Assembly (NCBI GenBank): GCA_020724585.1
Contig: DYGS01000001.1
Coordinates: forward strand, 66,893-130,892
DNA length: 64,000 nucleotides
DNA from: Candidatus Microgenomatus sp.
GTDB lineage: Bacteria > Patescibacteriota > Microgenomatia > UBA8517
Direction: 5' to 3'
Below the pieces are notes generated by a model, which saw only the letters and a list, made by a program, of their open reading frames with translations, was not told the origin of the DNA and made no database searches. Below are positions 1-8,235 of this stretch, one piece after another. The first letter of the stretch is position 1. Every line of letters begins with the position of its first letter. The position numbers and the translations under genes are program-made.

Positions 1-902
1 AGGTTGCTGGAGGTGCCTTAGTTGGTTTGTTGTTTTATTCAACATCACTCCACCCTATTATCAAATGGCCAATAATACTACTCGCAACAGGCCTTGGCGC
101 AGCAATGGCTTTTTTGCCATTTCAGGAGAGACCTTTGGAAAAATGGATAATTGCATTCTTTAGAAGCATATATTCCCCAACCCTTTTTTCTTGGCAAAAA
201 ACTGAAAAGCCGCAAGTATTTTTTACTGAAGAAGCGATAGCCCCTGAAATAACTAATGTGGGGGTCCTTAATCAAAAATCAAGCACCTCGCCACTGGAAG
301 ATGCCGAGAAGTCCTTTTTAGCAAGAATAGGAAGTCTTTGGAATGTCTCGCCGCAAGCGGCAAGTGACAAATCACAAGAGATAAGTCCAACACCAACTAC
401 AACACCCCAACCAGTTGTTGCATCTACTGTTCCTACTCCTATTTCTGTTCCGCAACAGATGCCAACACTTATAACAAAATCTGCCCCAAGGTTAGTCGTT
501 GAAGAGACATCGCCTGTCTCCAATTCCCAAACAACTGCTACCAGCCAAATCGAGGGCCAAAAAATTGAAGAGAAAATAATAAATTCCTCCTCTGTTGAAT
601 TTTCCATAGATGCGGCACCGCCTCACCCTCCAACTATCCCAAATACAATATCAGGCCAAGTCATGGACTGGGCAAGAAAAATAGTTGAAGGGGCAATACT
701 TGAAATAAGAGACAGCAATGGCAGACCCGTTAGGGCTCTAAAAAGTAATAAGGCAGGACATTTTGTAATAGTCACTCCCTTAGTCAACGGAAAATATGAA
801 ATAATTATTGAAAAAGAGGGTTTTGAGTTTAAACCTGTTTCTTTTGAAGCAAAAGGAGAAATAATACCTCCAATTGCCATTCGTGCGGTAAAAACAGCAT
901 AA
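1..902 (+). CDS. Membrane protein, 5' partial, with a C-terminal beta-sandwich (carboxypeptidase-regulatory/PEGA-like) domain. First gene of the T4SS-like locus.
   Basis: The reading frame is open from the window edge and the first in-frame start-like codon is TTG at 27. There is an N-terminal hydrophobic segment and a Pro/Thr-rich linker. The C-terminus 'ILEIRDSNGRPVRALKSNKAGHFVIVTPLVNGKYEIIIEKEGFEF' resembles a CarbopepD_reg-like fold. Confidence 0.4.
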   Translation, partial: VAGGALVGLLFYSTSLHPIIKWPIILLATGLGAAMAFLPFQERPLEKWIIAFFRSIYSPTLFSWQKTEKPQVFFTEEAIAPEITNVGVLNQKSSTSPLEDAEKSFLARIGSLWNVSPQAASDKSQEISPTPTTTPQPVVASTVPTPISVPQQMPTLITKSAPRLVVEETSPVSNSQTTATSQIEGQKIEEKIINSSSVEFSIDAAPPHPPTIPNTISGQVMDWARKIVEGAILEIRDSNGRPVRALKSNKAGHFVIVTPLVNGKYEIIIEKEGFEFKPVSFEAKGEIIPPIAIRAVKTA

Positions 903-911
903 ATATAAATT

Positions 912-1616
912 ATGAATACAGCAACGGTTCCGGAAATTAAAAACGAAAAGATTAGAAGCATCATAACCAAAATTCCATATTTTGGAACTCCTGATGTGCC
1001 TCTTGTCTCAACAACTCAAGACGCCCTACCTATTGCAGATATTGTTGATGATATTGTTTTGTATAAAGATGGGGGAGCGGCAATTATTCTTGAATCGTCA
1101 TCTCTAAATTTTGGGTTGCTATCTGAAAAAGAGCAGGCCGCGGTGGTTGGGGCCTTTGCGGCTCTTATAAATTCTCTCTCTTTTTCCATGCAGATAGTTG
1201 TGAGGACTCAGAGAAAGGATATAACGGGCTATATTAAATATTTTGATGACCAGTCCGCAAAAATCACCAACCCCAAGTTAAAATCGATTACAGAGGACTA
1301 CAGACGCTTTATTACAGAGTCTATCAAGAAAAAGACTGTTTTAGGAAAAAGGTTTTTTATAGTTATCCCTTTTAGCCCGTTAGAACTTGGCGTCACAAAA
1401 TCCGCCCAATCAATTTTGCGGAAAGGTCCGCTTCCTTTTCCAAAAGATTATGTCGTTAAAAAGGCTAAAATTACACTCTACCCAAAAAGAGATCATTTGG
1501 TAAGACAAGCAGGAAGGCTTGGATTAAGACTTCGAATGCTTACGAAAACCGAGCTAATTTCTCTTTTCTATGAAATAAATAATCCTGAACCACCAGCAGT
1601 AAAAAAAGACATTTAA
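912..1616 (+). CDS. Protein resembling the N-terminal domain of Gram-positive VirB4/ConE/TrsE-type conjugation ATPases. It may be the split-off N-terminus of the next gene.
   Basis: The motif 'IADIVDDIVLYKDGGAAIILESSSLNFGLLSEKEQAAVVGAFAALINSLSFSMQIVVRTQ' matches the conserved N-terminal region of VirB4-family ATPases. The ORF ends 30 nt before the VirB4 ORF, and several stop codons lie between them. Confidence 0.4.
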   Translation: MNTATVPEIKNEKIRSIITKIPYFGTPDVPLVSTTQDALPIADIVDDIVLYKDGGAAIILESSSLNFGLLSEKEQAAVVGAFAALINSLSFSMQIVVRTQRKDITGYIKYFDDQSAKITNPKLKSITEDYRRFITESIKKKTVLGKRFFIVIPFSPLELGVTKSAQSILRKGPLPFPKDYVVKKAKITLYPKRDHLVRQAGRLGLRLRMLTKTELISLFYEINNPEPPAVKKDI

Positions 1617-1645
1617 CTAGTATTATGTAGTATGTATTAAGCAGT

Positions 1646-3490
1646 ATGGATAACACAAACACACAAACAGAGCAGCAACGGTCAGCAGTGAATAGTGAAC
1701 ATCCCGCGGTTAGTGGGAAACCTGCTATCAAAAATCCTGTTGAGGCGGTTGAAAATGACGGTATGAATCTACTTGATGTTTTAGCTCCGGAACATATAGA
1801 AGTGGACTTTGACTATATAAAAATCAATAATGTCTACTATAGAACCCTCTTTATTGCAGGATACCCAAGATTTGTCACTCCCGGATGGCTTGAGCCTGTC
1901 ATTAATTTCAACTCGTCTCTTGATATCTCTTTTTATGTTTATCCTGTTGCCGGTAAGTCTGTCCTTGACGATTTAAGAAGAAAAATTGCAGAAATGGAGG
2001 CAGAAATTTCAACTGATATACAAAGGGGGAGAGTAGTTGATCCTGCAACAACTGCCAAGCTCGAGGATGCAAGAGCGCTCCAAGAGCAACTCGTTAAGGG
2101 GATAGAAAGATATTTTGAATTTTCCTTTTACATCACAATTCCTGCCAACTCTGTTGAAGAATTGAATAATATTTCAAGACAGGTTGAATCAACTTTAGGG
2201 TCTTTGTTGATTATCGCCAAACACGCAACCCTTGATCAAAAAGAGGGATTTTTATCATCAGTTCCATATGGACAAGACAGGCTTTCAATTACCAGAAATA
2301 TGGATACCACATCCGTTGCCACAACTTTTCCATTTACCTCAGCTGAATTATCATCCGACAAAGGAGTACTTTATGGAATAAATTCACAAAATGAGTCATT
2401 TATAATCTTTGACAGGTTTTCTTTAGAGAATGGGAATTTTTGTATATTTGCCACTTCGGGAAGTGGTAAAAGCTATTTTGTAAAGCTAGAAGCCGTTAGA
2501 TCACTAATGATAGGCTCAGATGCAATTATCCTTGACCCTGAGGCAGAATATAAAGCGCTTTGTGATGCTGTAGGAGGAGAATATATAGCATTTTCATATA
2601 ATTCTCCTGCAAAGATAAACCCCTTTGACCTTTCTCAAATTAGGGAAGAGGGAGAAAATCAATTAGGTCTTAAAATACTTTCACTTCATTCACTTATGAA
2701 AGTTATCATGGGTCAAATTACACCAACGCAAGATGCCATGTTAGATCGTGCGCTTATTATGACTTATAAAGCTAAGGGTATTACAACTGATCCAGAAACA
2801 CAAAGTAAAGAGCCTCCTCTAATGGAAGATCTTTATAAAACACTAATTGGCATGGAGGTTCCTGAAGCGCTTGATTTGGCCGCTCGTCTTGAAAAATTTG
2901 TTAGAGGATCATTCCAAGGAATTTTTGATAAACAAACAAATATAAACTTAAATAATCCATTTACTGTTTTTTCGGTCAAAGATCTGCAAGAAGCACTAAG
3001 GCCTATTGCCATGTTTATAATACTTGATTACATCTGGACAAGAGTTAAAAGAGATATAAAGCGCCGAATATTAATTGTTGATGAGGCTTGGCACATGATG
3101 AGATATCCTGATACTGCAGCCTTCCTTTGGTCTGTTGTTAAAAGGGCTAGAAAATATTATCTGGGACTAACTACAATTACTCAAGATGTTGAAGATTTTC
3201 TAAATCAAGATATCGGAAAGGCAATTGTTACAAATTCTGCATTAAGGCTTCTTTTAAAACAAAGCCCAGCTGCAATCGATAGAATTGGTGAGGTCTTTTA
3301 TCTTTCGCAAGGAGAAAAACAATTACTGCTTTCTGCAAATGTAGGGGAGGGTATATTTTTTGCAGGACCACACCATGCACCAATTAGAGTAGTTGCAAGT
3401 GAAGAAGAACATAAACTAATTAATACAAAACCACAAGACAATCCAAATCCGACGATGCCAAACATGAAAGCGTGGAATCGCGAAGCATAG
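1646..3490 (+). CDS. virB4: VirB4/TrbE/CagE-family type IV secretion ATPase.
   Basis: Walker A 'FATSGSGKSYF' and Walker B 'ILIVDEAWHMM' are present. The upstream 'YYRTLFIAGYPRFVTPGWLEPV' segment is typical of VirB4/ConE family proteins. Confidence 0.75.
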   Translation: MDNTNTQTEQQRSAVNSEHPAVSGKPAIKNPVEAVENDGMNLLDVLAPEHIEVDFDYIKINNVYYRTLFIAGYPRFVTPGWLEPVINFNSSLDISFYVYPVAGKSVLDDLRRKIAEMEAEISTDIQRGRVVDPATTAKLEDARALQEQLVKGIERYFEFSFYITIPANSVEELNNISRQVESTLGSLLIIAKHATLDQKEGFLSSVPYGQDRLSITRNMDTTSVATTFPFTSAELSSDKGVLYGINSQNESFIIFDRFSLENGNFCIFATSGSGKSYFVKLEAVRSLMIGSDAIILDPEAEYKALCDAVGGEYIAFSYNSPAKINPFDLSQIREEGENQLGLKILSLHSLMKVIMGQITPTQDAMLDRALIMTYKAKGITTDPETQSKEPPLMEDLYKTLIGMEVPEALDLAARLEKFVRGSFQGIFDKQTNINLNNPFTVFSVKDLQEALRPIAMFIILDYIWTRVKRDIKRRILIVDEAWHMMRYPDTAAFLWSVVKRARKYYLGLTTITQDVEDFLNQDIGKAIVTNSALRLLLKQSPAAIDRIGEVFYLSQGEKQLLLSANVGEGIFFAGPHHAPIRVVASEEEHKLINTKPQDNPNPTMPNMKAWNREA

Positions 3491-3531
3491 CTTCGTAATA
3501 ATTAAAAATTAATAGTTAAGAACTAAGAATT

Positions 3532-6318
3532 ATGAAAAAAACACTTGATCAACTGGATTTAAAAACACTTCAAAAAATTTTAAATATTCTTGATACAAAC
3601 TTTCAAAACGAACTTGGTCTTAATGACCCTCAAACTTCTATATATAATTCATGGTCAATCCCAGAATTGGGCGTGTCTAGTAAAAGCAACAGGCGTACCG
3701 TAGAAGAAGTTTTAGAAAGATTAACTGGAACAGAATCACTAAGTCAAGCCTACGCAAAAATCTATGAAAGGGTTGACATATTAAAAAAAACAAGGCAAGT
3801 AGAGGCTCCAAAAGGCGAAGATCAAACTACTCCACAAAATCTTGACGAGCTTGAGGAACAAGCAGAAGAAAGAGCTGGAAAACAGGAAAAAGCAAGACAG
3901 GCAGCAAAAGAAGGTGTAGCCAGAATGCAAGATAGACAAAAAGAATTGTATGAGGAGCAACAAAGATTGCAAAAAAGAGTTGATGCATTAAAAAACGAAG
4001 ATGTTGTAAATGAATTAAAAGATAAAAAAGTCTATGCAAAAGTTGAGGTTGATGAAAAAGATCAGCCTAAATTTGAAAATTTAGACGAAAATGACAAAAA
4101 AACAATTAGTCATTATCAAGAATTAATTAAGAAGGAGAAGTTTGAAACCGCTAAAGAAGAATTAACTAAGGAACTGGAACAAAAAGCAGAAAATGAACTT
4201 CAAAAAGAAGGTTTTTCCAAAGAACAAATTCACCAAACTGCAAAAGAAACAGCCGAAGAAGTAATAGAAAATTTAAGCAATAGAAGTAGTTCAAATTATG
4301 TCCCGCCTTCATATCAAACTGCAATTTTGGCTCATGTATCATCGGATGATTCTGTTATTCCAAAAGTCGTTGCCACAAAGACAGCACAAGAGTTAATTAA
4401 AAATTCTGCAGGCAATGTTGCTGTTTTTAAAATTCAACCAGAAGTATTAACTATGGAAGTTTTAAAAACAGCATTTGGTGAAAATTTTTCAAGTTTTGTT
4501 CTTGGCGCCGACCCTACTAAAGTAAAAGTAACACTCACTGAGAGTTTACCCCAAAACATTATTCAGACAGCAACAATTCAGTACCAACAAGTAAATTTTA
4601 ACGAATTAAGACAACACCAAATTCAAATTCATGAGGGACAAATTAATACAATTGACGGAATTGTAAAAAGTGGTAGGGAAGTAGTAGTTGATAGATTCCA
4701 ATCAAGTGTAATTAATTTTGTTTCAAGAAAGTTAGAATCCTTGCCTGTAACTTCTGTTGTTAAAAAAGTTATTTTAACTCCAGAAATGCAAGCCGTTTTC
4801 TTTGCAAAATTTGGAGTAGGCAATCCTGTCACATGGCAATACATGAATCCAGTTTTAATGAGAGTAATGGGTCAAAACCAACTTGCAGGAGCAGCCTTTA
4901 GTGCTCTAGGTAAACTTACAGGAAAACCAATTGTAACAGCAGTAAGCTCAGAGGTTGCTGGCCAAGTTGCAGGCAAAGTTGCAACTCAAGCAGCAGGTAA
5001 GGCTACTGGGGCAGGATTAGGTGCAACAATTGGGGCAATTACGGGGTTATCAGGAGGTCCATTAGCAATAGTAACTGCAGCAGTTGGATATGTAATTGGA
5101 GAAGTAGCAAGTAAAGCACTTTCAAAACTCAAAGTTTGGTGGACAAAAAATAAAGAAACTATCGCCCCATTTTTGGCAATTGGGGCAGGGCTTTCCTTGG
5201 CCAGATTTGGTTTTGGTCCTGCAATATTGGGAGGAGCTGGGACTTATTTGATTTTTGGTGGAACTGCAGCGGCTTTACTTTTCGGTCCGTTAAGATTTTT
5301 TCAGATTCTTGCGAGAAATATAGGAATTGCAATTGCAACACCTGTAATAGTTACACTTTTAGTTCTTCCACCCTTAGTTGCCTTTATTATGCTTGTTATA
5401 AATAACAGCGCCTATGTTGTACCCCCATCACCACCATCACTAAGTCGATCATCAAATCCTTATATTAGCGTCATTAAAACGGCAGACCCTGCAGGACCAT
5501 TTGAAAATAGTGATTTACCTTTAGATATAACATACACAATTACAATAAGTGCAAAGAGAGATACTCTAACAAATATATCATTTAAAGATACTTGTAAAAT
5601 AATTCAGGAAGCATCAAATGTCCCATGCGAAAATTCATCATATGATGTTCCAGATTCAATTTCACCAGGATCCTCATATACGATAACTTATACGAATAAT
5701 TACAATAAGTTTCTGACCGACGCCTTAATAGTAAACACTTTCGAGGTTACGGCGACAGTAGGTGAAGCGGGCGAACAATCAACATCTGGCGCAGCATCAA
5801 TTAGAATTGGTAATCCACCAAATCAATGTTTCAATATCGTCAAAGATGGTTTTAATGCGGATCAGTATTCTTATGCATTAGGTGCAATATCCAAACTACA
5901 AGATGAATTTAATGGCTATGCCTCAAAAATTTGCGCAAGCTTAGGTGGAAAAAGTATTGATATTAAATACGCAGGTTCTGACCCTAATTTCTGGGGATGG
6001 TGGGAAGATGGATATATCCGGCTTTACAGTAAAGGAGTAGAAAGTGCCCAAAATGCCAATTATGTTATTTTCCATGAATTAGCCCACGTATTAGCTACAT
6101 ACGATGATAGTTGGTATAACCAATACAAAAGTTATCCAGGAATTACAAACGAACCATATCCATATTGTTTCTATGACTACCCAGACGAAACAGGCTTTTG
6201 GCCATATTCTGAAAGATTTGCAGAGGCTGCATCTTTTTATGCAAATGATCCTTGTGGTAATTTTAGACAAAAAAATCCCGCTCACTATAAATTTATGAAT
6301 GATGTATTATTTAAATAA
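3532..6318 (+). CDS. Large (928 aa) chimeric membrane protein. It has an N-terminal Glu/Lys-rich coiled coil, a central Gly-rich polytopic (VirB6/TrbL-like) region, and a C-terminal HExxH zincin-like domain.
   Basis: Residues ~90-240 are E/K/Q-rich heptad-like sequence. Residues ~480-640 contain multiple hydrophobic Gly/Ala-rich helices. The C-terminus contains 'VIFHELAHVLATYDD', an HExxH motif, followed by aromatic-rich sequence. The gene lies immediately downstream of the VirB4-like gene. Confidence 0.5.
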   Translation: MKKTLDQLDLKTLQKILNILDTNFQNELGLNDPQTSIYNSWSIPELGVSSKSNRRTVEEVLERLTGTESLSQAYAKIYERVDILKKTRQVEAPKGEDQTTPQNLDELEEQAEERAGKQEKARQAAKEGVARMQDRQKELYEEQQRLQKRVDALKNEDVVNELKDKKVYAKVEVDEKDQPKFENLDENDKKTISHYQELIKKEKFETAKEELTKELEQKAENELQKEGFSKEQIHQTAKETAEEVIENLSNRSSSNYVPPSYQTAILAHVSSDDSVIPKVVATKTAQELIKNSAGNVAVFKIQPEVLTMEVLKTAFGENFSSFVLGADPTKVKVTLTESLPQNIIQTATIQYQQVNFNELRQHQIQIHEGQINTIDGIVKSGREVVVDRFQSSVINFVSRKLESLPVTSVVKKVILTPEMQAVFFAKFGVGNPVTWQYMNPVLMRVMGQNQLAGAAFSALGKLTGKPIVTAVSSEVAGQVAGKVATQAAGKATGAGLGATIGAITGLSGGPLAIVTAAVGYVIGEVASKALSKLKVWWTKNKETIAPFLAIGAGLSLARFGFGPAILGGAGTYLIFGGTAAALLFGPLRFFQILARNIGIAIATPVIVTLLVLPPLVAFIMLVINNSAYVVPPSPPSLSRSSNPYISVIKTADPAGPFENSDLPLDITYTITISAKRDTLTNISFKDTCKIIQEASNVPCENSSYDVPDSISPGSSYTITYTNNYNKFLTDALIVNTFEVTATVGEAGEQSTSGAASIRIGNPPNQCFNIVKDGFNADQYSYALGAISKLQDEFNGYASKICASLGGKSIDIKYAGSDPNFWGWWEDGYIRLYSKGVESAQNANYVIFHELAHVLATYDDSWYNQYKSYPGITNEPYPYCFYDYPDETGFWPYSERFAEAASFYANDPCGNFRQKNPAHYKFMNDVLFK

Positions 6319-6326
6319 TAACCAAT

Positions 6327-6905
6327 ATGAATAAGATAATTTCTTTCATTAAAAACAACAAACGATTTATTGTTGTTTTTCTGATAATTACCATCTTCAT
6401 TTTAATGATAGATAAACGATCAAAAAAAACAAGTGAAAAGTCACTTCCATCAGCAACACCCATTCAAATTGCTACATTTAAAGACTTAACTCCAGGAATA
6501 AGCTCAAAGGAAGATGTTTTATTAAAAATGGGAACTGCTCTAAATGCTAGAATTGAAGGAGACAAAGAAACTTACGAATATAAATCTTCGAACCCAAATT
6601 TTAATACTGAAGTTATCATTACAAACAACAAACTTGAATATATAAAAATTATTTATACCAATTCAGATAATAAAATTTATTCGGATTTTAACTCAACTTA
6701 TGGGGAACCAGAACAAGTTCTTTATAACGCAGATTACTCTGTTGGATACATACTGAATTCATATCCTTCAAAAGGTGTTGCGTTTATATCTCATATAAAT
6801 TCGGGGAGGGTAAGTGAGGCTTGGTATTTTAAACCTACTACTATTGAAGAATTTAAAAACAATTTAGCGGTTGGTTATTTTGATAAACCTAATCTGTCAA
6901 GATAA
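6327..6905 (+). CDS. Membrane-anchored hypothetical protein. A VirB8-like role is possible.
   Basis: There is a single N-terminal TM segment ('FIVVFLIITIFILMI') followed by a ~150-aa soluble domain. It is the last gene of the T4SS-like cluster. Confidence 0.35.
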   Translation: MNKIISFIKNNKRFIVVFLIITIFILMIDKRSKKTSEKSLPSATPIQIATFKDLTPGISSKEDVLLKMGTALNARIEGDKETYEYKSSNPNFNTEVIITNNKLEYIKIIYTNSDNKIYSDFNSTYGEPEQVLYNADYSVGYILNSYPSKGVAFISHINSGRVSEAWYFKPTTIEEFKNNLAVGYFDKPNLSR

Positions 6906-6951
6906 ATTAAAACAAATTATTAATTACTTTTACACGAAATTATAAATCAAG

Positions 6952-8064
6952 CTAGTTTGCTTTGATGGGCATTATGAGGTGGAGGAAGTCAGGGTCTTTG
7001 GGGTCTAGAAATTTACCTGCTTTATCCTGACCGTTAAATTCAATTTCGATATCATCAGATTTTATAGCTTTCAAAATATCTTCCAAAAATTTATAATTAA
7101 ATAAAATTGTTAGGTCTTTTTCAACTGATTTCTCATCTAATTTAATTTCAACCTCAGTTTCCTGCTTGCCTGAATTGGAACTTTCAGCAATTATTTGAAG
7201 TTTATTGTTTTTTATCTGAAATTTAACCCCATTTCCTGAGTCTCTTGAAAAAACAGACGCCAACTTGACAGATTTAGAAAGATCATCTCTATCAACGAAT
7301 GTTTTAAGATTATAACCTTCAGGAATTATTTTTTGGTAAGGAGGATACTCCCCGTCTATTATTCTCGATGAAAAAACTGTCTCTTCAAAAACAAAAACAA
7401 CTTGTCCATCATTTTTCCTTACTTCAAAAGAAACCTCACCATCTCCTTCTATTTTTAATATTTCATAGAGGATGCTTTTAGGAATTATTACACGATCAAA
7501 GTTCTCTCCTTTTTTAATTGAGATTTTCTTTCTTGAGAGTCTAAATCCATCTGTACCAACTATTACCAGATTGTTATTATCTTGAGGTTCAAATAATATA
7601 CCCGTTAAGACAGGTCTTGATTCGTCATTACTTACAGCAAACAAAACTTTCTCTAAAGCATTTTTTAGTTGATCGAGGGGAACAGAAAATGATTCTTTTT
7701 TAATTTTATCAGGGATTTTTGGAAAATCAGTAGTATTCATTCCTAGTATCTCAGATTTAAATTTATAACTTTCAATTTTTAGATGTTCTTTTTCGGAAGA
7801 TAAATGAAGGTTGTCACCAAAAAGAGATAATACAACATCTAGAAGTATTCTTCCTGGGACAGCAATTTCCCCCTCTTTTTCGGATTTGACAGGAATTGAA
7901 ACAGAAACAGAGGACTCTAAATTTGTTGCCTGCAAAACAAGTTTTGATTTTTCAACTTTTAGAAGGATATTTCCCAATATTGGTAGTTGTTGTTTTGATG
8001 AAGTAACGCGAGAAACTGTAGTTATTGCTTTTTTAAAATTATTCAAATCTAGCTCAATTTTCAT
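6952..8064 (-). CDS. dnaN: DNA polymerase III beta sliding clamp.
   Basis: The 370-aa product has the DnaN-like N-terminus 'MKIELDLNNFKKAITTVSRVTS...LPILGNILLKVEK'. It lies immediately downstream of dnaA on the same strand. Confidence 0.9.
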   Translation of the reverse strand: MKIELDLNNFKKAITTVSRVTSSKQQLPILGNILLKVEKSKLVLQATNLESSVSVSIPVKSEKEGEIAVPGRILLDVVLSLFGDNLHLSSEKEHLKIESYKFKSEILGMNTTDFPKIPDKIKKESFSVPLDQLKNALEKVLFAVSNDESRPVLTGILFEPQDNNNLVIVGTDGFRLSRKKISIKKGENFDRVIIPKSILYEILKIEGDGEVSFEVRKNDGQVVFVFEETVFSSRIIDGEYPPYQKIIPEGYNLKTFVDRDDLSKSVKLASVFSRDSGNGVKFQIKNNKLQIIAESSNSGKQETEVEIKLDEKSVEKDLTILFNYKFLEDILKAIKSDDIEIEFNGQDKAGKFLDPKDPDFLHLIMPIKAN

Positions 8065-8125
8065 GAATCTATATTTATCATATTTTAAATAGCAGTACTA
8101 GTAGTAGGTGCTGTGTATAAGTGAA

Positions 8126-8160
8126 CAACTAAGAATTAAGAACTAAAAATTAAGAATTTA
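8126..8160. repeat. AT-rich reiterated motif (AAGAATTAAGAACTAAAAATTAAGAATTT), a candidate DNA-unwinding element adjacent to a DnaA-box cluster.
   Basis: The repeated AAGAA(C/T)TA units are seen directly in the sequence. Related copies occur at 3511-3527 and 9613-9634. Confidence 0.4.
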
Positions 8161-8176
8161 TTCGGGAGATAAATAG

Positions 8177-8230
8177 GTGGATAAATATGTGGATAAATGT
8201 GGGTAATTTGTTGATAAGTTGATAAAAGAT
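8177..8230. promoter_or_regulatory. DnaA-box cluster in the dnaA-dnaN intergenic region (a candidate oriC module).
   Basis: TGTGGATAA at 8188-8196 is the perfect reverse complement of TTATCCACA. Near-matches are GGTGGATAA (8177-8185) and TGTGGGTAA (8198-8206), plus TTGATAA repeats. All are in the same orientation. Confidence 0.6.
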
Positions 8231-8235
8231 AAATT

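Noticed and set aside
78-970. Three minus-strand ORFs (78-275, 272-607, 623-970) antisense to the first gene.
   Set aside because: They lie entirely inside or overlap a longer plus-strand ORF that has a recognisable domain. Their low-complexity composition mirrors that gene, with no start-site context. They are treated as spurious.
3781-4039. Minus-strand ORFs 3781-3972 and 3827-4039, rich in Leu and Phe.
   Set aside because: They are the antisense reading of the GAA/AAA-rich coiled-coil coding region of the 928-aa gene. The TTC/TTT runs give Phe/Leu-rich artefacts.
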